Shown here: positions 37,540 through 46,505 of the stretch, piece after piece
Numbering within the stretch: the first letter of the stretch is position 1
Layout of the letters: each line of letters opens with the position of its first letter
From: Myxococcota bacterium
GTDB lineage: Bacteria; Myxococcota_A; UBA796; CAJQPC01
DNA: 64,000 bases
Assembly: GCA_036012755.1 (NCBI GenBank)
Contig: DASCPX010000031.1
Location: 28,476 to 92,475 of the forward strand
Reading direction: 5' to 3'
Translations under genes and position numbers: made by a program
The notes under the pieces: generated by a model
The model's database searches: none
What the model was told of the DNA's origin: nothing
Seen by the model: the letters and a program-made list of their open reading frames with translations, nothing else

Positions 37540-38303
37540 CCGTGTTGCTGTTGTTGTCCTGTGTCACGACCCGCGGTGTGCCCGAGGAGAGCTGGTCGCT
37601 GGCCGACACCACAGCGGTCCACCTCGACCTCATTCGGGCATTCCTGGAGGCCGGTAGCTGCGACGAGGCCCTCCACGGCATCGCCGCGGCTCGGGACCAG
37701 GGTCTCTCTGGGGCGCCCGTCGATCTGCTCCAAGCCGAAGCGCTGCTCTGCAAGGGCCTGCCACGTGACGCGCTCACGCTGCTGGACGGCAAGTACCGGA
37801 TGTCCTCTGAGAGGCACGGTCTCGTCTGCATCGCTCACGCCGACCTCGCCCAGGTGGGCGAAGCCGCGGATGCCTGCGAGGCGGCGATCCGGCGCCTGCC
37901 GCGCAACGCCACCATCAGTGAGCAGGCGACCGCCTGGCAGAACCTCGGCTTCGTGCTCGCGGCGGACAGCGACCACGAAGGGGCCGTCGACGCCTACCAG
38001 CAGGCCCTGCAGCTGGACCCCTCCTACGGACGGGCCAGGAACAACCTCGCGTTCTCACTCGCCGCTCTCGGTCGGGACGAAGAGGCGCTGGCGACCTTCC
38101 GCGTCGCGCTGGACTACCAGTACGGCTTCGACAAGGAGATCCTGGAGGCCAACGCGCACTACAACCTGGGCCTGGCTCAGGCTTCGCGTGGTGACCAGGA
38201 CCACGCCCGACAGAGCTACCGCGAAGCCCTCTCGATCATCCCCGAGCACGCCCGGGCCCAGGCGGCGCTGGACGACCTGAGCCCGAACAAGGAGGCCAAC
38301 TGA
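37536..38303 (+). CDS. TPR lipoprotein (TadD-like pilotin candidate)
   Basis: ATGA overlap; MTVLLLLSC; TPRs (AWQNLG, ARNNLA, AHYNLG); located after tadC. Confidence 0.8.
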   Translation: MTVLLLLSCVTTRGVPEESWSLADTTAVHLDLIRAFLEAGSCDEALHGIAAARDQGLSGAPVDLLQAEALLCKGLPRDALTLLDGKYRMSSERHGLVCIAHADLAQVGEAADACEAAIRRLPRNATISEQATAWQNLGFVLAADSDHEGAVDAYQQALQLDPSYGRARNNLAFSLAALGRDEEALATFRVALDYQYGFDKEILEANAHYNLGLAQASRGDQDHARQSYREALSIIPEHARAQAALDDLSPNKEAN

Positions 38304-38536
38304 TGCTGCTTCTCACCCTGTCGCTCGGCTGCGGCTCCCCCCAACACCTCCAGTACGACCATGGCCGCTCGTTCCGCGAGGCCACCCAGGCCCAGACCGA
38401 TCTCTCACGAGAGAGCGTGCAGGAGGAGCTCTACCCGCTCGACGGGACTGAAGGTCTCGCCATCCGCTTCAGGGCCGTCGAGGCCGCGGGTGACAAGGAG
38501 TCGGGTGAGTCCACGCTGACCATGACAGAGGACTGA
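38303..38536 (+). CDS. Small Tad-associated lipoprotein (77 aa)
   Basis: AAGGAGG RBS, TGATG overlap; MLLLTLSLGC..HLQYDHGRSF. Confidence 0.7.
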   Translation: MLLLTLSLGCGSPQHLQYDHGRSFREATQAQTDLSRESVQEELYPLDGTEGLAIRFRAVEAAGDKESGESTLTMTED

Positions 38537-39861
38537 GCCTGCGCCTGAGCGTCCGGGCGCGGCTCGCCGCGCTGGCCGGTGCCCTCGCGGTCGTCGCCGT
38601 CGTGGGCGCGGTGGTGCCCTTCATGATCCAGGGACGTGTCCAGACCCGCGCGCTCCAGCAGCAGTCGGTCCTGGCCGCAATCGGGGGAAAGACAGAGCTT
38701 TCCACAGAGAATGACCTGACGACGCTGGTGGCCTCCACCGGCCTCAGCGGCGCCGCCCTGCTCGACGGCGGACCGGTCGTCGGCCAGCCGGTCGAGGCCA
38801 TCGCGGAGCTCGGCGCCCGCTGTCCGGAGGGAGTCATCACGCCCACGCCGCTCGGCTGGGCGGAGCACGGAGACTACGAGGTCTTCGGAGCCTGCACCGA
38901 GACCGGCGGACAGCGCCTCGTGGCGGCGAGGACCGCCCGAAGCTGGAGATCCTCTGGACACACCCGACAGATCCTCCTCATGGCCCTGGTGTTCGGCTCG
39001 CTCGCAGGCGGCGTCGTGGCCGGAGGCGTGAGGAAGCTGCTCGAGCCCCTGGCGGGCATCTCCGAGGCGGCGCGGGGTCTCGCCGCTGGCGAGCCTGTAC
39101 GCCTCGACGCTCCGGAAGAGCCCGAGCTGCGCCCGCTCGTCGGCGCGCTCCTCCAGCTCTCGGCCGCCATGCAAGCCCGCGAGGACGACATCCAGATGCG
39201 CCTGGAGCTCACGCGGCAGCTCGGGGCGGTCGTCGCCCACGAGGTCCGGAATCCCCTGCAGTCGGTGATGATGCTCGCGGACGTGCTCGCGCACGAGCCG
39301 GAGCCCGAGAAGCGAGCCAAGGTCCTCCGAATGATCCAGCAGGAGCTCGGGCTCATCGAAGAGGTCGTCCACCGCCTGGTCGACTCCGGAGGGGAGCTCC
39401 GGCTGGTGAGGCGGAAGCACCGCGTCGCCGAGCTGCTCAACCGCTGCGTCCAGCTGGTCGGGCCGCCGGCGAAGGAGCAGAACGTGGACGTCCGCGTGAC
39501 GCGGGAGCACCCGATGGAGGCCGAGATCGACGCGGCGCTGTTGAGACGGGCGCTGGAGAACCTCGTCCACAACGCCGTCGCGCTGCGCTCATCGGCAGGC
39601 GGAGGGCGCGTCGAGCTCACCCTCGACCGCGCCCGGGGAGAGATGGTCATAGGCGTGGACGACGACGGCGACGGTGTCGACCCCGCCGATCGCGAGCGCA
39701 TCTTCGAAGCGGGCTTCAGCAACAGAGAGGGCGGCACCGGGCTGGGGCTGGTCCTCGCGCGGAAGGTCGCCGAGGCCCACGGTGGTACCCTGCGGGTTCT
39801 AGGGTCCGAACTCGGTGGCGCGCGCTTCGAGCTCCGCCTCCCCTTGCCAGACGACGCATGA
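38533..39861 (+). CDS. Membrane sensor histidine kinase (TM-HAMP-HisKA-HATPase)
   Basis: AHEVRNPL, ENLVHNA, DDDGDGV, GTGLGL. The first TM extends upstream of GTG 38602, so a CTG start at 38533 or 38539 is proposed. Confidence 0.88.
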   Translation: MSLRLSVRARLAALAGALAVVAVVGAVVPFMIQGRVQTRALQQQSVLAAIGGKTELSTENDLTTLVASTGLSGAALLDGGPVVGQPVEAIAELGARCPEGVITPTPLGWAEHGDYEVFGACTETGGQRLVAARTARSWRSSGHTRQILLMALVFGSLAGGVVAGGVRKLLEPLAGISEAARGLAAGEPVRLDAPEEPELRPLVGALLQLSAAMQAREDDIQMRLELTRQLGAVVAHEVRNPLQSVMMLADVLAHEPEPEKRAKVLRMIQQELGLIEEVVHRLVDSGGELRLVRRKHRVAELLNRCVQLVGPPAKEQNVDVRVTREHPMEAEIDAALLRRALENLVHNAVALRSSAGGGRVELTLDRARGEMVIGVDDDGDGVDPADRERIFEAGFSNREGGTGLGLVLARKVAEAHGGTLRVLGSELGGARFELRLPLPDDA

Positions 39862-41075
39862 GCCTCTCCATCCTGGTGGTCGACGACAACCGCTCGGCGG
39901 CCGACGGGCTCGCCATGGTGTTGCGCCGTCACGGCTACGCGGCGGTGGCCACCTATGACGGGCACGCGGCCATCGAGCACCTCGACCGCGGCGGCATCGA
40001 CGTCGTGCTCACGGACATGAAGATGGAGCCGGTCGACGGGTTGGAGGTGCTCAGCCACGCCCGCGGCCTGCCCTCGCCCCCGGATGTCCTCGTCATGACG
40101 GGCTACGGCACCGTCGACGCCGCCGTCCGCGCGATGCACCTGGGAGCCTGCGACTTCCTCACGAAGCCTGTCGCTCCCGCGCAGATCCTGGAGCAGCTCC
40201 AACAGCTCCAAGGAGCCGGCGTCAGCATTCGCGTCCAGGACGGAGAGAGCTCTGCTGCCGTTCGGCTACGCGAGCAGGTCCACGCCGTCACCCGGGTGGA
40301 CAGCACTGTCCTTCTCGTTGGGGAGCCCGGCTGCGGCCGCGCCCAGCTCGCCCGCCAGATCCACGCGGAGAGCAGCCGCTCTGCCGAGCCCTTCCTCGTC
40401 GTGTCCCACCCGGCCCGCGTCTCGTCGGAGGGACTCCAGTCCGCGGGGATGGTCTTCCTGCCGAACGTCGATCTGCTGGACCCGACCGAGCAGGTCCAGC
40501 TCACCCAGCTGCTCGACCAGGTCGCGGAGAGCCAGGCCACGTCTCCAAGGCTCCTGGCCTCGGCCGCGCCCAGCTGGGCGGAGACCGCGACTGGAGAGCC
40601 GCGCTCCTTGCAGCTCTACTACAGGCTGGCGGTGCTGGTCGTGCACGTGCCGCCGCTCAGGGAGCGGCCGGACGACATCCCCACCCTCTTCGAGAGCTGG
40701 CTGACCCAGCGCGCGGAGGACCTCGAACGAGAGGTCCCGAGACCGACACCCGAGCAGACCCGGGCCCTGGTGCTCCACGGCTGGCCTGGCAACCTGCGAG
40801 AGCTCGCGGCGGTCGCCGAGCGCGCGGTGGTCTTTGGAGCCGCCGCCTTCGAGATCGCCGTCCAGCCCTCGGCGCGGGCGGCTGGCGTGGGTCTCCCGGA
40901 CCTGGTGGAGGGCTTCTCCCTCCAGTCCCACCTCGAAGAGGTCGAGCGTACACTCTTGGTACGGGCCATCGACCAGTCCGGCGGGGACCGCTCCGCGATG
41001 TCCCGCATCCTCGGCGTCGAGCGGAACACCCTGCGCTACAAGCTGAACAAGTACGGGTTGCTGGACCGGACTTGA
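39858..41075 (+). CDS. NtrC/PilR-like response regulator with degenerate AAA+ domain
   Basis: Intact REC (VDD, LTD, MTG, KP); GEPGCGR, no GAFTGA, FLPNV; LYYRL, PPLRER, WPGNLREL; Fis-type HTH. Confidence 0.9.
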   Translation: MSLSILVVDDNRSAADGLAMVLRRHGYAAVATYDGHAAIEHLDRGGIDVVLTDMKMEPVDGLEVLSHARGLPSPPDVLVMTGYGTVDAAVRAMHLGACDFLTKPVAPAQILEQLQQLQGAGVSIRVQDGESSAAVRLREQVHAVTRVDSTVLLVGEPGCGRAQLARQIHAESSRSAEPFLVVSHPARVSSEGLQSAGMVFLPNVDLLDPTEQVQLTQLLDQVAESQATSPRLLASAAPSWAETATGEPRSLQLYYRLAVLVVHVPPLRERPDDIPTLFESWLTQRAEDLEREVPRPTPEQTRALVLHGWPGNLRELAAVAERAVVFGAAAFEIAVQPSARAAGVGLPDLVEGFSLQSHLEEVERTLLVRAIDQSGGDRSAMSRILGVERNTLRYKLNKYGLLDRT

Positions 41076-42103
41076 GCCAACAGCCCGCCCAGCGTGGGGC
41101 AGTTCGCCGCACGGTCTTCCTCGCAGTGCTGGCCCTGGGCGCCATCGGCCTCTCGGTGTTCGTGCTCTCGCGGAGCGACATCGCTCAGGACGAAGTCGAG
41201 GCCGTCTGGGACCGCAGCAACATCTGGCTGCTGCTCGTGTCGCAGCTCGTGATGGCGAGCGGCATCATCTTCATGGCCTTCCGCTGGCGTGCGCTGTTGC
41301 CCGGGGGAGAGAAGATCCGCATCCCGGCCACGACCGGCATCGTCGCCAGCGGGCTCATGCTGAACTACGCGCTGCCCGGCCCGGTCGGTGAGCTGGCAGC
41401 CGCCACGCTGCTGGGCCGCCGCTTCGGCCTCCCCGTCGAGCGCTGCCTCGCGGCCGGCATCCACGCTCGCTTCGTCGGCCTCGCCACGGCCGGGTTCCTC
41501 GCAGGCTGCACCTGGCTCTTCGCCGATCTACCCGTGCCCCTCGAGTACACGAACATGGTCGCCGGCGCGGCGGCCGCGATCTGCCTGGGCGCCGTGGGTC
41601 TCTGGGTGCTGTCGACTCGCCCGGTCCTGCTCCGCACCTTGTCCCGCTCGACCGTCGGCCGGCTGGGCGCCGAGTCAGGCCCCCGCAGGATCTTCAGCAA
41701 GCTCGACGAGATCATCGAGCGGGTCGCGGAGTCCCTCGGCCAGGTCGGTCGGCTCGGCTGGAGAAACTGGGCCCGCGCAGTGTTCTGGTCATTCGCTGCC
41801 CACGTCGGCGTCTCGACCGGGATCGTGCTGAGCGCCTGGGGAATCGGCAGCGCCCCCTATGTCCCCGGCGTGCTCTTCACCTACTGCGCGGCGACGGCGG
41901 CCGTGGTCGTGCTCATCGCCTTCCCCGGCGGCCAACTGGGCTGGGACGCGCTGTTCTTCACCTTCTTCAAGGTCACGACAGAGGCCTCGCTCGTCGACAC
42001 CGGCGCGGTCACGCTCATCGTCCGCGTGCAGCAGCTCACCCTGCTCCTGATCGGGGCCGCGGCCCTGCCTCTGGTCGGCGGAAAGGAGGCCAGCCAGGCC
42101 TGA
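41072..42103 (+). CDS. Lysylphosphatidylglycerol synthase TM / flippase-like (UPF0104) protein
   Basis: AFRWRALL, NYALPGPVGE, FPGG.LG, multiple TMs; TTGA overlap. Confidence 0.8.
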   Translation: MSQQPAQRGAVRRTVFLAVLALGAIGLSVFVLSRSDIAQDEVEAVWDRSNIWLLLVSQLVMASGIIFMAFRWRALLPGGEKIRIPATTGIVASGLMLNYALPGPVGELAAATLLGRRFGLPVERCLAAGIHARFVGLATAGFLAGCTWLFADLPVPLEYTNMVAGAAAAICLGAVGLWVLSTRPVLLRTLSRSTVGRLGAESGPRRIFSKLDEIIERVAESLGQVGRLGWRNWARAVFWSFAAHVGVSTGIVLSAWGIGSAPYVPGVLFTYCAATAAVVVLIAFPGGQLGWDALFFTFFKVTTEASLVDTGAVTLIVRVQQLTLLLIGAAALPLVGGKEASQA

Positions 42104-42122
42104 GCCCAGCGGGACTCGGGGG

Positions 42123-43013
42123 CTAGCGAAGCGCCCAGAGGTCGGGCTGAGGGCGCTCATCGACCAGGCTGACGCTGGCGTAGAGACCCCACCCGCCCTC
42201 CTCGACGCGCCCGCTGGCCAGGACCCGGAAGGCCTCGTGAGGCTGCGCGAGCACTCCCGCGTCCACGGCGAGGCTGCCCATGTGCTCGACACGCACGACG
42301 GGCGAGACGACACCCCCTGGAATGGCAACCGCCGTGCCAGCGACACCGAAGGCGAGGTCCTTCGCATAGCCGGCGTGCACCTCGCCGGAGAGCGTGACGA
42401 CGTCTCGGAGCGGGGCGATGAGCGCCGCGTGACTCCGGACATCGCGCAGCGTCGGCAGTGTATGGACGGCCACGTGCCCGTGGACCCGGTCCGGGTAGCC
42501 GAACTGGACGCCGCCGCCGAGGACGGGCTCTCCGAGACCGACCGTGGTGGGGGCCAGGACGCCGCCCCACATCGAGGGGGTGACCGGGGCGTCGAGGGCC
42601 ACGTTGGCGCGGGCGCCCAGCATGCCCCCGAGCCACAGGGTGGACATGCCGCGGGTGTTGGTCACCAGTGGGTTCCGCCAGGCATCGACGGCCTCCGCCC
42701 CGGCCGGAAGCGGCTGGAATCCAGCGGCGAGATCCCAGCGGCCGGTCGTGGCCAGGACCGCGGCCCACTCGGGGTAGACAACGCCGAGCTCGCCACCGAC
42801 CCTGTCCACACCCACGGAGGCTGGACCGAGGAGGTCCAGATCGACGACGACGGCGGCGACGTCGAGGTCCAGGAAGGCGTCGATCTCGGCGTGGCCCAGG
42901 CCCCCGTCGATCGCACCGGGCGTCGTGGAGCCCACGAGCTCCGCGCCGGCGCCGACCTCGAAGTCGACGGCGCCCGCAAAGCTGATGGAGAACATCAATA
43001 GAGTTGTCGACAT
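42123..43013 (-). CDS. Putative outer-membrane beta-barrel protein
   Basis: Alternating amphipathic strands; AGFQPLPAGAEAVDAWRNP resembles porin G.f..p.G.E motifs. Confidence 0.5.
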   Translation of the reverse strand: MSTTLLMFSISFAGAVDFEVGAGAELVGSTTPGAIDGGLGHAEIDAFLDLDVAAVVVDLDLLGPASVGVDRVGGELGVVYPEWAAVLATTGRWDLAAGFQPLPAGAEAVDAWRNPLVTNTRGMSTLWLGGMLGARANVALDAPVTPSMWGGVLAPTTVGLGEPVLGGGVQFGYPDRVHGHVAVHTLPTLRDVRSHAALIAPLRDVVTLSGEVHAGYAKDLAFGVAGTAVAIPGGVVSPVVRVEHMGSLAVDAGVLAQPHEAFRVLASGRVEEGGWGLYASVSLVDERPQPDLWALR

Positions 43014-43109
43014 GTCAATAGCCTACCGGCTTGAACATGCTGATGACAGGGATAGATGAACCCCCTGTCCGTGTTTGCTGTCAGAACGCCCGCTTCCGAA
43101 GGAGAAACC

Positions 43110-43799
43110 ATGCGATTCACCGTCGCCCTGACCAGCCTCTCCCTCCTCTTTGCCTGTGGCGACAAGAAGCCGCCCGAGGCCGCGGCCGAGGTCGCCGAGG
43201 CCCCCGCGGCCGAACCCGTGCCGGAGCCGGAGCCGGAACCCGAGCCAGAACCGGTCGTGGAAGCGCCGCCTGCCGACAACGCCGACATCAAGCTCACTGT
43301 CACCTTCGGCGACGGGACCACGAACTCCGGACACATCCGCCGGATCGAGCGCTCGAGCGACTGGTTCGCCGAGACCGGCTGGGAGGACAGCGAGAACAAG
43401 ATCACGCTCGAGCTGGAGGGCAACGGCACGCTGAAGGACGTGTCCTGGTCCGAGATCAAGACCATCACCGTGTCCCCCGGGACCGTGAGCTCGGACACCG
43501 ACTGCACCTACAGCTCCGACTACACACCCTGGATGTACACCTGCGAGCTGCGCACGCCGACCACCGCGGTGACGACCGATGGCAAGAAGTGGACCGTGAA
43601 CAGCCGCCACAAGTGGCGCTTCACCTACGACGACGGCACCGAGATCGAGTTCTGGCTGACCAAGCACCCCGCCCGACTGCAGGACACCAACACGGTGGGC
43701 CTCGACACGGTCAACCCGGAGAACTACGAGATCTACAAGGCGCTCCAAGCCCAGCTCAGGACCGAGCGTCAGAGCTCGATCCGCTCGATCAAGCAGTAG
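43110..43799 (+). CDS. Hypothetical lipoprotein with Pro/Glu linker
   Basis: GAAGGAG RBS; MRFTVALTSLSLLFAC; (PE)n linker; globular domain with two Cys. Confidence 0.8.
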   Translation: MRFTVALTSLSLLFACGDKKPPEAAAEVAEAPAAEPVPEPEPEPEPEPVVEAPPADNADIKLTVTFGDGTTNSGHIRRIERSSDWFAETGWEDSENKITLELEGNGTLKDVSWSEIKTITVSPGTVSSDTDCTYSSDYTPWMYTCELRTPTTAVTTDGKKWTVNSRHKWRFTYDDGTEIEFWLTKHPARLQDTNTVGLDTVNPENYEIYKALQAQLRTERQSSIRSIKQ

Positions 43800-43806
43800 C
43801 CACTGC

Positions 43807-44661
43807 TCAGCGCCGGCGGCCCCGCACTCCCGCGCGAACGAGCCGCTCGGCGAGCTCTTCCGAGACGACCTCGACCCGGCGAACGTCGGCCCGACCGAAG
43901 CGTCCGCTCGGTGGGTTGATCAGCTCGATGCAGCCGTAGACCTCGCCTTCCTTGGCCACGGGCACGCAGAGCACCGCCTTGGTGGAGAAGCCGGTCGCCT
44001 GGTCGACGGCGTCGTAGTGGCGGCTGTCCTCGTGTACGTCCGAGACGGTCAGCGACGTGCCGTGTTCGATGCAGAACCCGACGAAGCCCTTGCCGTAGGG
44101 CATGCGCATGGCGCGGAGCTTGTCGGCCATCTCCCCACCTACGGCGACGAAGAGCAGTCCAGCGTGGGGGGTTGACTCGACCGCAGCGCCCGCTTCGCAC
44201 TTGACCGCCATGCGCGCGACGTCGAGGGACAGCTCCCAGGCTGTCACGGCACCCGGTGTCCCTGCGATGCGACCAAGGTGCTCCATGAGCACGGGGTCCT
44301 TCTGGAGGTCAGGCACCTCGGCGTCTTCGGGGTCCATCGTGCGCTCGAGCATCTCGTCGACGGACTGCTCGAGGGAGTCGTCGAGGGAGTCGACGAACTC
44401 GATCGCGGGGATCGACGCGTCGAGGGAGTCCTCTACCGGCGGGCGAGGTGCGTCTCCCTTGAGCGGCAGGACGACATAGCCGACCCCAGATCGCACATCC
44501 CGCGCGATGACCGTGCCGTTGGGGAGCATCTCGCAGGCGAGGCGATCGATCGCCGTGTCACCGCCGAGCTGCTGGATGCCCTGGCCCATTGCCACGATCC
44601 AGTTCGGCGCATCGATCGTGACGGGCGGCTCGCCACGTCTCATGACGGTGAATAGGGGCAC
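43807..44661 (-). CDS. GAF domain protein
   Basis: GKGFVGFC, DSRHY..VD..TGF.TK..LCVPV......GCIELIN; no output domain. Confidence 0.85.
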   Translation of the reverse strand: MPLFTVMRRGEPPVTIDAPNWIVAMGQGIQQLGGDTAIDRLACEMLPNGTVIARDVRSGVGYVVLPLKGDAPRPPVEDSLDASIPAIEFVDSLDDSLEQSVDEMLERTMDPEDAEVPDLQKDPVLMEHLGRIAGTPGAVTAWELSLDVARMAVKCEAGAAVESTPHAGLLFVAVGGEMADKLRAMRMPYGKGFVGFCIEHGTSLTVSDVHEDSRHYDAVDQATGFSTKAVLCVPVAKEGEVYGCIELINPPSGRFGRADVRRVEVVSEELAERLVRAGVRGRRR

Positions 44662-44708
44662 CCGGCACCCTCCGAGGCGAGAGCATTCCTAACACGCGCC
44701 AGGATCTG

Positions 44709-45671
44709 TTGAGTCGCTTCCGTCGATGGGCGATCTGGGCCATCGCCGTAGGCGCCATCCTCTACGTCATCGGCAGCGTGTGGGCGGGGTTCTCGGAGGT
44801 CAGCGACGAGCTGGTCGGTTTCACCTGGTGGATCTACGTGCCAGTGCTCCTGCTCACGCTCGTGAACTACGGGCTGCGCTTCGGCAAGTGGCACTACCTG
44901 CTGCTGCGCCTGGGCGTGCACGTGCCGGTGGCGCAGAACCTGCTGATCTACATCGCAGGCCTGGCGATGGTGATCAGCCCCGGCAAGATCGGCGAGCTGC
45001 TCAAGCCCTACCTCGTCAGCAAGCGCACGGGGGTCTCGAAAGCGACGACGATCCCCGCGCTGGTGGCCGAGCGGCTCACCGACGGCATCGCCATGCTCGT
45101 GCTGGCGGCGATCGGGGTGGGCACCTACGCCGCGGACCAGATCTGGGTGCTGGGGGTGCTCGGGGCCGTCATAGTCGTCGGGCTGGGGGTGCTCGCCAGC
45201 GAGTCGCTCTCCCTGGGCATCATCCGCCTCGTCGCCAGGATCCCCCTGGCTCGTCGCATCGCTCCGAAGCTCGAGATGATGTACGTCGCCATGCGCACCT
45301 GCCTCGCGCCGGTACCGCTGATCCTGACCATCCTGGTGAGCCTGGTCGCCTGGGGTGCGGAGTGCGTCGGCTTCCTGCTGATCTTCGAGGGGCTGGGCGT
45401 GACGAACGCCACCTTGGACGCGAGCACCTTCCTCTACAGCTTCGCCACGGTCGCCGGCGGCGCGATGCCGGGCGGACTCGGGGTCGCGGACGGCGCGCTG
45501 GTCGGGGGAACGATGACCCTCTTCGAGACCACAGAGGCCGTCGCTGTCGCCGCCGCTCTGCTCGTGCGCGTCGCTACCCTGTGGTTCGGAGTCCTGCTGG
45601 GCGCGGTGGCTCTCTTGAGGTTCGAGGAGCTGGCGACCACCGACTGGACGGGTTCGGCCGAGGCGACCTGA
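44709..45671 (+). CDS. Lysylphosphatidylglycerol synthase TM / flippase-like (UPF0104) protein
   Basis: NYGLRFGKW, SPGKIGELLK, AERLTD, PGGLGVAD, RVATLWF. Confidence 0.88.
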   Translation: MSRFRRWAIWAIAVGAILYVIGSVWAGFSEVSDELVGFTWWIYVPVLLLTLVNYGLRFGKWHYLLLRLGVHVPVAQNLLIYIAGLAMVISPGKIGELLKPYLVSKRTGVSKATTIPALVAERLTDGIAMLVLAAIGVGTYAADQIWVLGVLGAVIVVGLGVLASESLSLGIIRLVARIPLARRIAPKLEMMYVAMRTCLAPVPLILTILVSLVAWGAECVGFLLIFEGLGVTNATLDASTFLYSFATVAGGAMPGGLGVADGALVGGTMTLFETTEAVAVAAALLVRVATLWFGVLLGAVALLRFEELATTDWTGSAEAT

Positions 45672-45695
45672 GCACAGCGCGATAGTTGGCTCGGG

Positions 45696-46505
45696 ATGTT
45701 CACCGCCGCCTGCATCCAGATCCGAGCCTCCTCGGACCTGCAACGCAACCTCCGGGTCACCGAGGAGCTCGTCCGCCGAGCCGCTGGCATGGGCTGCAGC
45801 CTCGTCGCCACGCCGGAGGCGACGACCTACCTCGGCCCCCACGACAAGAAGGTGGAGCTGGCGGAGCAGGTCGACGGGCCCACACACAGGCGCCTGGCCC
45901 GACTGGCCGAAGAGCTCGGCATCCACTTGCTGATCGGCTCGGTGGCCGAGCGCGCCGAGGGGGACCAGCGGCGCTGCCACAACACCTCGCTGCTCTTCGG
46001 TCCGGCCGGTGAGCTCATCGCCAGCTACCGGAAGATGCACCTCTTCGACGTCGACATCCCAGGCGGCGTGAGCTTCGCCGAGTCGCGCACCTGCGCGCGG
46101 GGCAGTGAGCTGGTCGTCGCCTCGACCAGCCTCGGCGAGATCGGTCTGTCGATCTGCTACGACCTCCGCTTCCCCGAGCTCTACCGAGCCCTGCTGGACC
46201 GCGGCGCACAGATCCTGACCGTGCCCAGCGCCTTCACGCTGATGACTGGAAAGGACCACTGGCACGTCCTGCTCCGAGCGCGGGCGATCGAGACCCAGTG
46301 CTACGTGTTGGCGCCCGGCCAGTGGGGAGCCCATGACGACGAGGGCCTTCGTCGCAGCTACGGTCACTCGGTGATCATCGACCCCTGGGGCACCGTCGTG
46401 GCCGAGTGCAGCGACGGCGAGGGCCTCTGCGTCGCCGAGATCGATCTCGACCGCGTCGCGAGCGTTAGGCGCTCCATGCCCCTGTCCCAGCACCGGCAGC
46501 TCTGA
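45696..46505 (+). CDS. Carbon-nitrogen hydrolase (Nit1/deaminated glutathione amidase-like)
   Basis: E-K-C triad: TPE, YRKMHLFD, ICYDLRFPE; HWHVLLRARAIETQ, YGHS.IIDPWG. Confidence 0.93.
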   Translation: MFTAACIQIRASSDLQRNLRVTEELVRRAAGMGCSLVATPEATTYLGPHDKKVELAEQVDGPTHRRLARLAEELGIHLLIGSVAERAEGDQRRCHNTSLLFGPAGELIASYRKMHLFDVDIPGGVSFAESRTCARGSELVVASTSLGEIGLSICYDLRFPELYRALLDRGAQILTVPSAFTLMTGKDHWHVLLRARAIETQCYVLAPGQWGAHDDEGLRRSYGHSVIIDPWGTVVAECSDGEGLCVAEIDLDRVASVRRSMPLSQHRQL

